From a virus (lineage: Duplodnaviria > Caudoviricetes): DNA of 53,384 bases. Where the stretch lies: the IMG/VR virus record IMGVR_UViG_3300036713_000342, positions 1 to 53,384 of that record, one strand, 5' to 3'. How positions within the stretch are numbered: the stretch's first letter is position 1; every line of letters starts with the position of its first letter. Positions 9,152 to 18,225 of this stretch are shown one piece after another. A program made the translations under genes and the position numbers. The notes beneath the pieces were generated by a model. The model had not been told where the DNA came from and made no database searches. It saw only the letters and a program-made list of their open reading frames with translations.

Positions 9152-9408
9152 TATTCCATCTCCTTGGTGACACGTTCACCAGCGAGGATACGGTCGAGCA
9201 TGGTGGTCAGTTCGTCCCGAGACTTGCTGTCTTGTACGACGCTGATCACGCCACGAACGCCGACCTCCACGAAGCCGACGGATGGCCCCGAAGCCTCGTC
9301 GTGCATGATGGCTTCCAGATCCCGCATCTGTTCGACGGCACTATACACCAACGGCACATCCCCACCCTGAGACCAAAAGGCAATTTCGTTGTTGCTCATG
9401 TTCTTCAT
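9151..9408 (-). CDS. Hypothetical protein
   Basis: Start moved to ATG 9408 (MKNMSNNE), with SD ggagg and a promoter upstream. Confidence 0.7.
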   Translation of the reverse strand: MKNMSNNEIAFWSQGGDVPLVYSAVEQMRDLEAIMHDEASGPSVGFVEVGVRGVISVVQDSKSRDELTTMLDRILAGERVTKEME

Positions 9409-9430
9409 CCTGCCCTCCATTCGTGCTTTC

Positions 9431-9462
9431 AAGATAGCATACCGACCGCCGAGAGTCAAGAA
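9431..9462 (-). promoter_or_regulatory. Sigma70-type promoter TTGACT-17-TATCTT
   Basis: Near-copy of the 7572-7603 element. Confidence 0.8.
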
Positions 9463-9466
9463 GAAA

Positions 9467-9652
9467 TCAAGAACAACTATGGATTAGCATCACAAACGCC
9501 GTGATGATGACGGAAATGCCAATAATCCCGACACATCCAATACACGCCAATCGGCTGTTGTGTTCGTCCACTGGAGCATGAGTACAGCTAGGGCAATGAG
9601 TCGCCTTTTCAGGCATTTCGGAGTGACACCAGTTACATGTACGCGTCTTCAT
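9467..9652 (-). CDS. Zinc-ribbon plus transmembrane small protein
   Basis: CNWC...CPSC followed by a hydrophobic helix; start ATG 9652. Confidence 0.7.
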   Translation of the reverse strand: MKTRTCNWCHSEMPEKATHCPSCTHAPVDEHNSRLACIGCVGIIGISVIITAFVMLIHSCS

Positions 9653-9682
9653 TGAGGTGTTCCTTTCCAATTGAACACCTTA

Positions 9683-9714
9683 ACGATAACATGGCAATGG
9701 CCGAGAGTCAAGAA
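9683..9714 (-). promoter_or_regulatory. Sigma70-type promoter TTGACT-17-TATCGT
   Basis: Third copy of ttcttgactctcggc. Confidence 0.8.
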
Positions 9715-9734
9715 GAAAAATTGGATCTATTTAG

Positions 9735-9823
9735 TATGAGGATGGAGGACAGCGGGTAGCTCCCGTTTCCGAAACCCATTGAGTAGGATTACTCTTCTCC
9801 TCATATCATAGCCTAATGGGAGG
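9735..9823 (+). ncRNA. Candidate structured 5' leader RNA of the HNH gene
   Basis: tatgagga(9735-42)/tcctcata(9798-805) closes hairpins gcggg/cccgt and gagta/tactc; cccatt(9775-80) can pair with aatggg(9815-20), overlapping the SD. Confidence 0.5.
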
Positions 9824-9829
9824 TGTCAA

Positions 9830-10618
9830 ATGTCCGAGAATCAAACCAAAACGTGTAATAAGTGTGGCGAAGAAAAGTCGCTGGACGAGTTTCATAAAAA
9901 GTCAAAAAAGAGGGGCGGCGGGCCTGTAGCACAGTGTATAAGCTGTGTGAGCCTTCAGAGAAAACGGGACTATCACAACAACAAAGGAGGGCAAAAACAA
10001 AAACTGAGAGAGTATCGTTTACAAAACAGAGAAAGATTAGTTCTGAAAAAAAGAGAGTGGCGTGAAAAGAATCGGGAAAAAGTAAACGAACAGAAGAAAA
10101 AGTACCGTGAAAATAACAAAGAGAAGATAAAAGAAGCTGGCAAAAGGTACTATGAAGAGAACAAAGAAATAGTGAGTAAGAAGGCAAAAATATATCGCAA
10201 CAAAAGCAAAGAGCGGATTAACGCATATCGTCGGAGGCGTCATCGTGAAGATCCGCGAGTACGACTAAGGAGACGTGTATCCAGTTCGGTTTGGAAGGCG
10301 TTGAGCCGAACTGGTGGTCAAAAAGGTGGTTCGGTGTTGAACTTTCTACCGTTTTCTATCGACGAACTTAAAGAACATCTTGAATCTTTGTTTGTTGATG
10401 GAATGTCTTGGTCCAATCATGGAACATACTGGCATTTGGATCATATTGTGCCGTGTGCGGCTTTGCCTTTTGATAGTCTAGAGCACCCCAATTTTTTGAA
10501 AGTTTGGGACCTACAAAATCTTCAACCACTGGTAGCGTCCGAAAACATTAAAAAGGGAAGTGTGCATGAGGGCAAGCGACACCGTTACAGGCCACGAAAA
10601 TACCCCAAATCAACCTAA
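9830..10618 (+). CDS. Free-standing HNH homing endonuclease
   Basis: N-terminal CNKC...CISC, basic coiled-coil linker, C-terminal WHLDHIVP...NLQPL..SENIKKG. Confidence 0.85.
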   Translation: MSENQTKTCNKCGEEKSLDEFHKKSKKRGGGPVAQCISCVSLQRKRDYHNNKGGQKQKLREYRLQNRERLVLKKREWREKNREKVNEQKKKYRENNKEKIKEAGKRYYEENKEIVSKKAKIYRNKSKERINAYRRRRHREDPRVRLRRRVSSSVWKALSRTGGQKGGSVLNFLPFSIDELKEHLESLFVDGMSWSNHGTYWHLDHIVPCAALPFDSLEHPNFLKVWDLQNLQPLVASENIKKGSVHEGKRHRYRPRKYPKST

Positions 10619-10641
10619 TTATACCAGCTACGGAGGAGTAT

Positions 10642-10974
10642 GTGATGGAACAAGAATTTGCCGAAGTTCATATCGACCTCGGCGCTGCCCGTACGGGTCA
10701 AATTAATGAGTCGTGGATGCAGATGTTCGGCGGCGGAGTGAAAATGATAATGAGTAGGCTTTTTGGCGGCGCCAAGGTACCAGTGAAGATTTCTGGTTCG
10801 CGTGGTGAAATTGACGCATTTCAGAGAGCAATCGCTGGCGAAAAACAATATATCCAGACCGCTGCAAAGTACGGCCTTGATGATCCGCGGACTTACAAGA
10901 ACAAATATGCTCTTCGTAAATCCATAAACGACTTCGAGCGCGCGACTGGATTAAAGTGGCCAATGCGGGGATAA
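10642..10974 (+). CDS. Hypothetical protein preceding the tape measure
   Basis: SD ggagga, upstream CTAATTAT motif, same operon as the tape measure. Confidence 0.75.
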   Translation: MMEQEFAEVHIDLGAARTGQINESWMQMFGGGVKMIMSRLFGGAKVPVKISGSRGEIDAFQRAIAGEKQYIQTAAKYGLDDPRTYKNKYALRKSINDFERATGLKWPMRG

Positions 10975-10979
10975 ACTAG

Positions 10980-13310
10980 ATGGCTGAAATGGACTGGTTC
11001 GGGGACGCATATGAGAATGCGGCCAAAACGAACAAGGAATTGGATAAGACCAAAGACAAACTGGATGACGTTGCCGACGCAACGAAAATCTGGGCGGAGC
11101 AGTTCAGCCGTGGCCAGGGATACCTCGACAAGATTATCGAGGGTCTGAAACAAGAAATCATCGAGTTAAAGAAGCAGGAAGCCGTCGCCGCGGAAGTCTA
11201 TGCCCGCGCCGAATTGTATCTCCAGATTCAAGACAAAACCCTGGAGATGGAAAGACAGCAACTAGAGTATAAGCGTCGTTTCGAGAATATGTCCAAGGAT
11301 GAAGTCTTGAGACAACAGAAAATTCTTGCTAATAAAGAGCGCGACCTTGAAATCGCCCGAAAATTAGAAGGAACCACCAAGTCCCTGTTCCAAACAACCA
11401 CTGGTATCAGTGATGCTTGGGAGAATTCGGTCTGGGGCGGGTTCGTAGGAGCGGGCGAGCACGGCGCCGCCGCAATCCAAAAAGCATTCCAGGATACAAT
11501 TCAGCCAGCCAACATGCTTGGTTCGACCATCATGAAGGTTCAGGAATCTACTGCGATGATGGTGATGGAAGCGGATAATGCCTTTTCTTCGTTGAACAAG
11601 ATGACGGGTGCTGCTGGTGCATACGACCGTCAGGCGATGGATTCGTTCAGAGCAAACAAACGATTCGGAATCAGCATCGACGATAACGCACAGATATTCC
11701 AGGCGATGCATACACAGATGTCAGATTTCCGCGATCTAACGCGCGACGCTCAGGATGTGATGGCTCAAGCTGCGAACGAAATGGTTTCATTGGGGGTTTC
11801 CACCGATGATGCAGCGACTCAGCTTTCTTTGCTACATAATGTCCTGGGGATGAACGCCGATGAGGCTGCACGAATGTCGCGCGAAATGATGGAACTTTCG
11901 TTGGCAATTGGGGCGCCACCATCGGAAATGATGTCCGCATTTAATGCTGCCGTGCCGCAGTTATCTCAGCACGGTCGAGATATGACGGGTATCTTCAAGG
12001 AACTTGCCATTCAATCTCGCGGGTTGAACGTAGAAATCGGTACACTCATCGATCTAGCATCTCAGTTTGATACGTTCGAAGGTGCTGCCGAAGCTGCGGG
12101 AAAATTGAACGCCCTCTTGGGTGGTGATCTGCTCAACTCCATTCAACTGCTAGAAGCAACCGAATCAGAGCGCATTCAAATGCTGCGTGACTCACTGGCA
12201 TTGTCTGGTAAACAGTGGAGTGCGATGAATCGATTCGAGCGTATGGCTATCGCTAATGCCGCTGGAATTTCGGATATGAATGAGGCCGCAAAGCTGTTCG
12301 GCATGCATCAGACCGAGTTTGAACAATATTCCAAGACACAAGAAGAAATCAAAGAGGCTCAGGATCGCTCAACTGCCGCGATGGACAAAATGAAGGCTGT
12401 TATGCAAGAGTTTGCTATTGCAGTGTTACCCCTCTTGAATGCTCTTCGTTGGGTTTTGGACGTAGTTTTGGACATTAATGACGCAATGGGTGGCACCCTT
12501 GTTCCCATCTTGCTTGTACTCACTACGGTTATGGCCATAGCTTATCGCACCACCGCCGCTTGGAATACATTAATGCAATTTGCTAAAGTCCTTCAGATCG
12601 GTTGGACTGCCGCGGTCAGTGCATTCAACACAGTAAAAACGTTATTTATCGCGCTGACAATGAAAAGCGGCTCAGCGATCACAACCGAAACTGCCGCGAT
12701 GATGACGGGTACTACCGTGACAGAAGGTTACACGGTAGCGACTGCGTCTGCCGCTGGAGCAACATGGGCGCTTTTGGCACCGATCCTGTTGATTGTCGCT
12801 GCTCTGGCAGTGTTTATCGGCGTCGGTGTCCTTCTGGCCACGCATATTGAGGACTGGACGAACGGGTTTATGAATTGGACGGACATTCTCCTCGCCGCCG
12901 CTGGGCCTATAGGGGTGATTGCTCTTGGAATACGGAAAGTTATCCAGAACATTGATTGGTTCATGGATAAGTTGCGTGAAATCGTTTCGTTCGTACATGC
13001 TCATCCATGGCTATTCGGTTTCCCAGGGTTGCTGGTCCGCGCAGTGACTCCTAATATGGGAGCAGATACGGGAGCCCCATCGGTTACTCCGAAGATGCGT
13101 GCCCCGTCTGGTATATCATCTGGCATCAGCGACACAGCTGTAGCAAGTGTTTCAAACCAACAGAACAATATAGCCAATACAGTGACAAACAACGTTCGTA
13201 ATGAACTAGGTAAATCGAAACGCGACGTGGTTCTGAAGATCCACGAGCGCGAACTAGGAAGAGCAACCGTTAAGGTTATCGACGACGAGTATAACCTAGC
13301 AAAGAGCTAG
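10980..13310 (+). CDS. Tape measure protein
   Basis: 776 aa, Ala-rich and helical, with FDTFEGAAEAAGKLNALLGG and C-terminal hydrophobic segments; canonical position. Confidence 0.85.
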   Translation: MAEMDWFGDAYENAAKTNKELDKTKDKLDDVADATKIWAEQFSRGQGYLDKIIEGLKQEIIELKKQEAVAAEVYARAELYLQIQDKTLEMERQQLEYKRRFENMSKDEVLRQQKILANKERDLEIARKLEGTTKSLFQTTTGISDAWENSVWGGFVGAGEHGAAAIQKAFQDTIQPANMLGSTIMKVQESTAMMVMEADNAFSSLNKMTGAAGAYDRQAMDSFRANKRFGISIDDNAQIFQAMHTQMSDFRDLTRDAQDVMAQAANEMVSLGVSTDDAATQLSLLHNVLGMNADEAARMSREMMELSLAIGAPPSEMMSAFNAAVPQLSQHGRDMTGIFKELAIQSRGLNVEIGTLIDLASQFDTFEGAAEAAGKLNALLGGDLLNSIQLLEATESERIQMLRDSLALSGKQWSAMNRFERMAIANAAGISDMNEAAKLFGMHQTEFEQYSKTQEEIKEAQDRSTAAMDKMKAVMQEFAIAVLPLLNALRWVLDVVLDINDAMGGTLVPILLVLTTVMAIAYRTTAAWNTLMQFAKVLQIGWTAAVSAFNTVKTLFIALTMKSGSAITTETAAMMTGTTVTEGYTVATASAAGATWALLAPILLIVAALAVFIGVGVLLATHIEDWTNGFMNWTDILLAAAGPIGVIALGIRKVIQNIDWFMDKLREIVSFVHAHPWLFGFPGLLVRAVTPNMGADTGAPSVTPKMRAPSGISSGISDTAVASVSNQQNNIANTVTNNVRNELGKSKRDVVLKIHERELGRATVKVIDDEYNLAKS

Positions 13311-13320
13311 GGGAGAAGAC

Positions 13321-14082
13321 ATGACGACACCGAAAAAGCCATTTTACGGATATGACGGAGACCCAACGGACGACCTTGCGAACCGTCAAAAACTGTTCCT
13401 CGACTTCTACCACGTCCCGACGGGCCGTAACGTCGAATTCAAGGCGTTTTTGACGAGCTACAGTGAGGCATTTACCTCGACGTGGAACGAAGAGGATGTA
13501 TATGGCCGAATGGATGACCCAGCCACCTTCCAGAAGACAGTACGTGTGATCAGCTTGGGTTGGGCAGTGATTGCTGCGTCCGACGAAGAGTCACAAACAA
13601 ACTTACAGAGGTGTGCAGACCTGGCGTCTATCCTGTATCCAGTATATGACGGGCACGGGGCGTCTAGTCTCGCTGCCCCACCGCTGATTAAGCTCAGGTT
13701 CGCAAACCTGATTTTCGATGTTGGAAGCGGGAAGAAAAATCTCATGGCACCAGCATCAGAATCTGGTCTGTTGGGAAAAATGGACGGGTTCACATACACC
13801 CCAGATCTGGACGCAGGGATGTTCCAGTTGGGACCAGGACTAATTTACCCGAAGGTGATCGAGGTTAGTTGTTCGTTTACGGTGAAGCATTCTCACCCGT
13901 TAGGGTTCGATTCCGCAGGGAACAAACGTACGGCAGGGTTCCCGTATGGCGAGGACGATATTTCTTCACCAGTGAACGTTGTCCCAACACCAGCAGAGAA
14001 CACAGATGAGCAAACAGAGGCAGCAGAGGACGATGTGCTGTTTGCCTCGCCTACTGGTGGCTACACGAAACTTGGAGGATAA
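13321..14082 (+). CDS. Baseplate / tail-tube initiator protein
   Basis: FKAFLTSYSEAFTSTWNEEDVYGRMD, PPLIKLRF, YPKVIEVSCSF; follows the tape measure. Confidence 0.75.
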   Translation: MTTPKKPFYGYDGDPTDDLANRQKLFLDFYHVPTGRNVEFKAFLTSYSEAFTSTWNEEDVYGRMDDPATFQKTVRVISLGWAVIAASDEESQTNLQRCADLASILYPVYDGHGASSLAAPPLIKLRFANLIFDVGSGKKNLMAPASESGLLGKMDGFTYTPDLDAGMFQLGPGLIYPKVIEVSCSFTVKHSHPLGFDSAGNKRTAGFPYGEDDISSPVNVVPTPAENTDEQTEAAEDDVLFASPTGGYTKLGG

Positions 14083-14084
14083 GA

Positions 14085-14423
14085 ATGGTTTCACGATACG
14101 ACGGCAGAAAAATCGCGGTAAACGACGAAGAGGTTTACGGGCCTTTGTTTGAGGACCGTGGAATCGACAGCGTGCGTCAATATGTGACACCAGAGCTACA
14201 ACACCCAACCGCGGAGCAAGTTCGCACCCTTGAAAACCTGTCGCACACATGGGAAACTGGAGACAGATATTACAAGCTGGCAACTAAGTATTATGATGAC
14301 CCTAACTACTGGTGGGTCATCGCTTGGTACAACCAGCGACCGACCGAATCGATGCTTTCATATGGGCAGGTGATCAAGATTCCATTCCCATTACACCGAG
14401 TGCTCAGATTCATGAAGGGCTAA
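14085..14423 (+). CDS. LysM-like baseplate wedge protein (gp53/tail X-like)
   Basis: HTWETGDRYYKLATKYYDDPNYWWVIAWYN...GQVIKIP. Confidence 0.85.
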   Translation: MVSRYDGRKIAVNDEEVYGPLFEDRGIDSVRQYVTPELQHPTAEQVRTLENLSHTWETGDRYYKLATKYYDDPNYWWVIAWYNQRPTESMLSYGQVIKIPFPLHRVLRFMKG

Positions 14424-14424
14424 G

Positions 14425-17061
14425 ATGGGCGACACAGAGAAGACGGGCGATGTAATAAAGGGCAAGGAAGACGCGTACGCCGAGCGTCGTTTCCAGATGC
14501 AGTGCTTTCTTGCGAGCTTCTGGACGTTGTTTGCGCAATACAACCGCGACCATACCTACAATAATTTTGTGCAGATGGACGAGTTCCATCCGATAGAGAT
14601 GGTCGGGAAGATGACAGCGGTTCCAGAATTGCAGAGTCTTATGGACATCCCACCAGAATTATTGTCGAGTCTCATCGCTCGTGTTCGAATATACAAGGTA
14701 TTTTATGAGAACGGCGTGCCGTCTAAACAGGTGGAACTAAAATTCGACGATCACATGGATGCGCAGTCTGTGGAGTCGATTACATCTACTCGCACTGGTC
14801 GCGGGTTCGGAATGGGGTTGAAGGAATTCTATTGGGAGTTCGCGGGTGCTCATCCTGGAGAGGTAGACCATATCATCAAGGCCAAGATGGTGGTTCATTT
14901 TCAGACCATGCAGGATATGTCTCGTATTCAGGCCGACTCCGCAGGAAATGCTATTTCTTTCATGGACATCATCAGTCCACAGCCCGAGTTTGTTGATGAT
15001 CGGGCGTGCGTAAAGACGTACAATTCAGAGTATTTTCGGATCAAGGCAGTAGTCGGATATGCTTCCCCGAGAGGCAAGATCTGGAACAAATCAAATGAGC
15101 ATATTGCCGAAGCAATTCGCAAGAGTACGATGGTGATGAACCTCAACCTCACAACGCACAATCTGGACTTTCGTCAAGATGGTACTATTGAGGTTAGTCT
15201 AGATTTCGTTGCGTCGGTTGAACAGTCGCTGAACGACACCAATCGATATGGCGCAGACGTTCTTGAGATTGCTCTGGATGAGGTGGCTGGTGAAGAAAAC
15301 AAACGATGTGCCAAAGAGCAGATTTTAGATTTTATTGGGGAGGACGGTGAGGTTGCCAAAGGATATACCAGGAAGACTAGAAAGGTTTTTGGCAAAGATG
15401 TTGATATCCGCGCGGCTGGAGTTCCGGGCCTTATCGTGGATAAGGCTCTAAAAATACACGGAAACTGGAAGAAGAATAGCGTCGAGAAGGAAGCGGAAGC
15501 AATAGAACGAGAACGAAGAAAAGACAAGGCGATCATTTATCAACAGCTGATTGGGAAGATTTTGCAAGAGGGAAGACTGTTTTACGTTGATGTTGAAGAT
15601 GAACAAATAGGATACCTTAAAAAGAAGCGCCAAGATGCGTCGTTTGATACCGCAGAGACAAGAAAAAAATATGAGCGAGTGTATGCTGGAGAGGGAAAAT
15701 ATGAGAATCGTATAATTGGACACGGGACGGAAGAACAAGAGGATTTTGGATATTTTGATACATATAAGTCGATTTCGGAACAGTTAAACGGAGGAAATCT
15801 ATTGGCCCACGATACGGTGGAGGATATGGTAGGTGGGTTCGGAGAAGATTTCGCTGGGTGTTTAGGGAGAAAAAATCAAGACGGTAAGAGGCGCGGAGTA
15901 GATAAGTGTCTCGACAATCTTGAAAAGAACCTCATGAACGCCGAGAGGGAAAAAGCTGGTACCTTGCGGATTTCGTATTTCTACTATGGTGACTTGTTGG
16001 AGGCCGCTCTTGAAATTGTCCGCTCCAAGCTCACCACGGTTGAGGAGAAAAACGAGATACGATTCATTGTCGGGTCGTTGTCAAATATCGATCCGTTCAC
16101 TGGTGGATATGATTCGACCCCAATAAACCTGAGCGATATTGCGATTTCTGTAGACTGGTTTATGGTATGGTTCCTCAACACAATCATCAAACCACAGAGG
16201 GAACAATACCCGCTCAAACTATTCATCAAAGATACAATCGATAATCTGATCGGCGAGGCGTTGGCCCCAGAGTGTTTCGGAGAAGAGACGATCAGGCAGG
16301 CGCTCTCTGTTGGTGAGGATATTATCGCCGCCCCGCTTAATGAAGACGGGACTGATCGTCTTACTGGCCAGGCGCAAAATGAGTTGTTCGGTAACAAACG
16401 AACGTGGGGCATGGAGTCGCTGCGCGTTTTCCCGACTGGTGAAGAGTACGCCGAATTCGAACACGCCAATTATTTTACGCTCTATGTTATTTCACGAATT
16501 CCAGGTATGTTGGATGCGACGGGCGGAAATGCAGAGGAAGATGATTCGCAACGCGGGATTTCATGGTTCCGACTCGGGTCTGATCGAGGACTTGTAAAGA
16601 AAATCACGTTCAAGCGAGTCGAACAACAATATCTCAGAGAGGCAAACTTATTCAAGGAAGGCGGTTCTGGCCCAGGTGCGCTACTACGAGAAAAGTATAA
16701 TGCAGACATAATGCTGTTTGGGAACATGCTCTACCGCCCAGGAATGATGTGTTATATTGATCCGACCTCCATTGGTGCTGGACGGATGGAAGACCAAAAT
16801 TCTGTAGCATCTCGGTTAAATCTTGGAGGGTATTACGTTATTGTGAAGACGATGTCCACCATCAGCCCAGGTAAGTTTGATACTGAGATGGAATGTATCT
16901 GGGAAGCCAGCGGTGTTCCAGAGAGAGATATTGCCCAGGCTCAGGCAGAGGAGTCCACAGGCGCCCCAGAAGCATTTAGCGTTGGCGGACCTCTGAGCGG
17001 CTTTGGTGATGTGATCAACGATGCAATCGGTGATACATCAATATCGGAGATGCCGAAGTAA
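14425..17061 (+). CDS. Baseplate hub-like structural protein
   Basis: Position after the LysM gene; C-terminal LFGNMLYRPGMMCYID...LGGYYVIVK...FDTEMEC resembles hub (gp27/late control D-like) termini. Confidence 0.6.
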   Translation: MGDTEKTGDVIKGKEDAYAERRFQMQCFLASFWTLFAQYNRDHTYNNFVQMDEFHPIEMVGKMTAVPELQSLMDIPPELLSSLIARVRIYKVFYENGVPSKQVELKFDDHMDAQSVESITSTRTGRGFGMGLKEFYWEFAGAHPGEVDHIIKAKMVVHFQTMQDMSRIQADSAGNAISFMDIISPQPEFVDDRACVKTYNSEYFRIKAVVGYASPRGKIWNKSNEHIAEAIRKSTMVMNLNLTTHNLDFRQDGTIEVSLDFVASVEQSLNDTNRYGADVLEIALDEVAGEENKRCAKEQILDFIGEDGEVAKGYTRKTRKVFGKDVDIRAAGVPGLIVDKALKIHGNWKKNSVEKEAEAIERERRKDKAIIYQQLIGKILQEGRLFYVDVEDEQIGYLKKKRQDASFDTAETRKKYERVYAGEGKYENRIIGHGTEEQEDFGYFDTYKSISEQLNGGNLLAHDTVEDMVGGFGEDFAGCLGRKNQDGKRRGVDKCLDNLEKNLMNAEREKAGTLRISYFYYGDLLEAALEIVRSKLTTVEEKNEIRFIVGSLSNIDPFTGGYDSTPINLSDIAISVDWFMVWFLNTIIKPQREQYPLKLFIKDTIDNLIGEALAPECFGEETIRQALSVGEDIIAAPLNEDGTDRLTGQAQNELFGNKRTWGMESLRVFPTGEEYAEFEHANYFTLYVISRIPGMLDATGGNAEEDDSQRGISWFRLGSDRGLVKKITFKRVEQQYLREANLFKEGGSGPGALLREKYNADIMLFGNMLYRPGMMCYIDPTSIGAGRMEDQNSVASRLNLGGYYVIVKTMSTISPGKFDTEMECIWEASGVPERDIAQAQAEESTGAPEAFSVGGPLSGFGDVINDAIGDTSISEMPK

Positions 17062-18218
17062 TGCCAGGAAGAGAAATTCCGAAAGCAACTAATAATACTA
17101 AGTCATTGTTCACCTTTGAACATCGCAATCTCTATGCAGACACGTCTCACCTGAACCTGGACGCCCCGCCTCCAGTCGACATGTGGTACGACAAGGTCCA
17201 GTATGGCAGGATCGACGACAAGGGGTTCACGATCATCCCGATAAAAGAGAAAATAAAAGCACTACATGGAACTGACAGTGCGGTATTTGCATTGGACTTT
17301 GTAGCCGATGCATATAAAGACATGTGGGAATATTGGCGCTATCTTAAACGAACGCTTCATGTGACGAGCGCATCCGAAGCGAGCGTTTATTACAACATGC
17401 AAGCGGTCAAGGGGTGGTATGACTCAGACGTTCCATACGATGCATGGATACAAAGTCTCTATAGGTTGATCCTAAGTAACGCGTTTTTGTCACGCGACCG
17501 AGATCAAAGGATTGTCAATTTCGGTGGCTTTCTAAACGTTGTGTTCGACCTGGTGCGAAAGATCACACCGTCCAGGGCGATGACGTATTCTGGGTTTGTT
17601 GGGTCGAACCTGTGTTCACCGCTGTGCTCTGGGTTGATGATTGAGCTATCGAAGGACAAGCACGGGAACGATCGAAACAAGGTTGTGAAGTATCTGGAGG
17701 ATGCGAACTATGAATTGTTTGCGGAGGTTGCGAAGAGGTACGGGTTTGTTTTGGACAAGAACGCACCTTGGCGGCTCGTCGCAGATCTCACATCTCCTGG
17801 ACTCAAGCCGTATTTGGCAGGTCGAAGGTTATCGACGCTGAATGAGGTATTTTCCAATAGATATTCGTATGTTATGGAACACGACATGGATTTGCTACGT
17901 GAGACATTCGTCGGCATGTACAAAGATTTTCTTAACAGAGAACCGTGTCTCGTGGTACACCATATACAGAACGATACTGTGACCACAGAGAAGGTCAAGC
18001 GTGTCGATGATTCAGATGATTTCAATAATTGGTGGAGGGTCTATGTATACATCAAGGCCCGAGAGACCAACAGGTCATGGGATCAAGACACGTTTGATAC
18101 GATTGCGCGCATAACGGAATCGCGTGATAAGCTCATCGATAGGGCTTCCGCGATTAGTTATCTGCAAAAGAAGCTCCGAGAGGATCGTGGGTCACAAGAA
18201 ACATCGTTCGAGTATTAG
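17061..18218 (+). CDS. Hypothetical protein, probably virion-associated
   Basis: 385 aa, coupled to the hub gene; no recognisable motif. Confidence 0.65.
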   Translation: MPGREIPKATNNTKSLFTFEHRNLYADTSHLNLDAPPPVDMWYDKVQYGRIDDKGFTIIPIKEKIKALHGTDSAVFALDFVADAYKDMWEYWRYLKRTLHVTSASEASVYYNMQAVKGWYDSDVPYDAWIQSLYRLILSNAFLSRDRDQRIVNFGGFLNVVFDLVRKITPSRAMTYSGFVGSNLCSPLCSGLMIELSKDKHGNDRNKVVKYLEDANYELFAEVAKRYGFVLDKNAPWRLVADLTSPGLKPYLAGRRLSTLNEVFSNRYSYVMEHDMDLLRETFVGMYKDFLNREPCLVVHHIQNDTVTTEKVKRVDDSDDFNNWWRVYVYIKARETNRSWDQDTFDTIARITESRDKLIDRASAISYLQKKLREDRGSQETSFEY

Positions 18219-18225
18219 GTGATAT

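Noticed and set aside
2255-17061. Bacterial extracellular contractile injection system or tailocin
   Set aside because: The tail genes are contiguous with phage-type SSB, helicase, RNase H-like nuclease, homing endonucleases and dense small ORFs, so a phage genome is the simpler reading.
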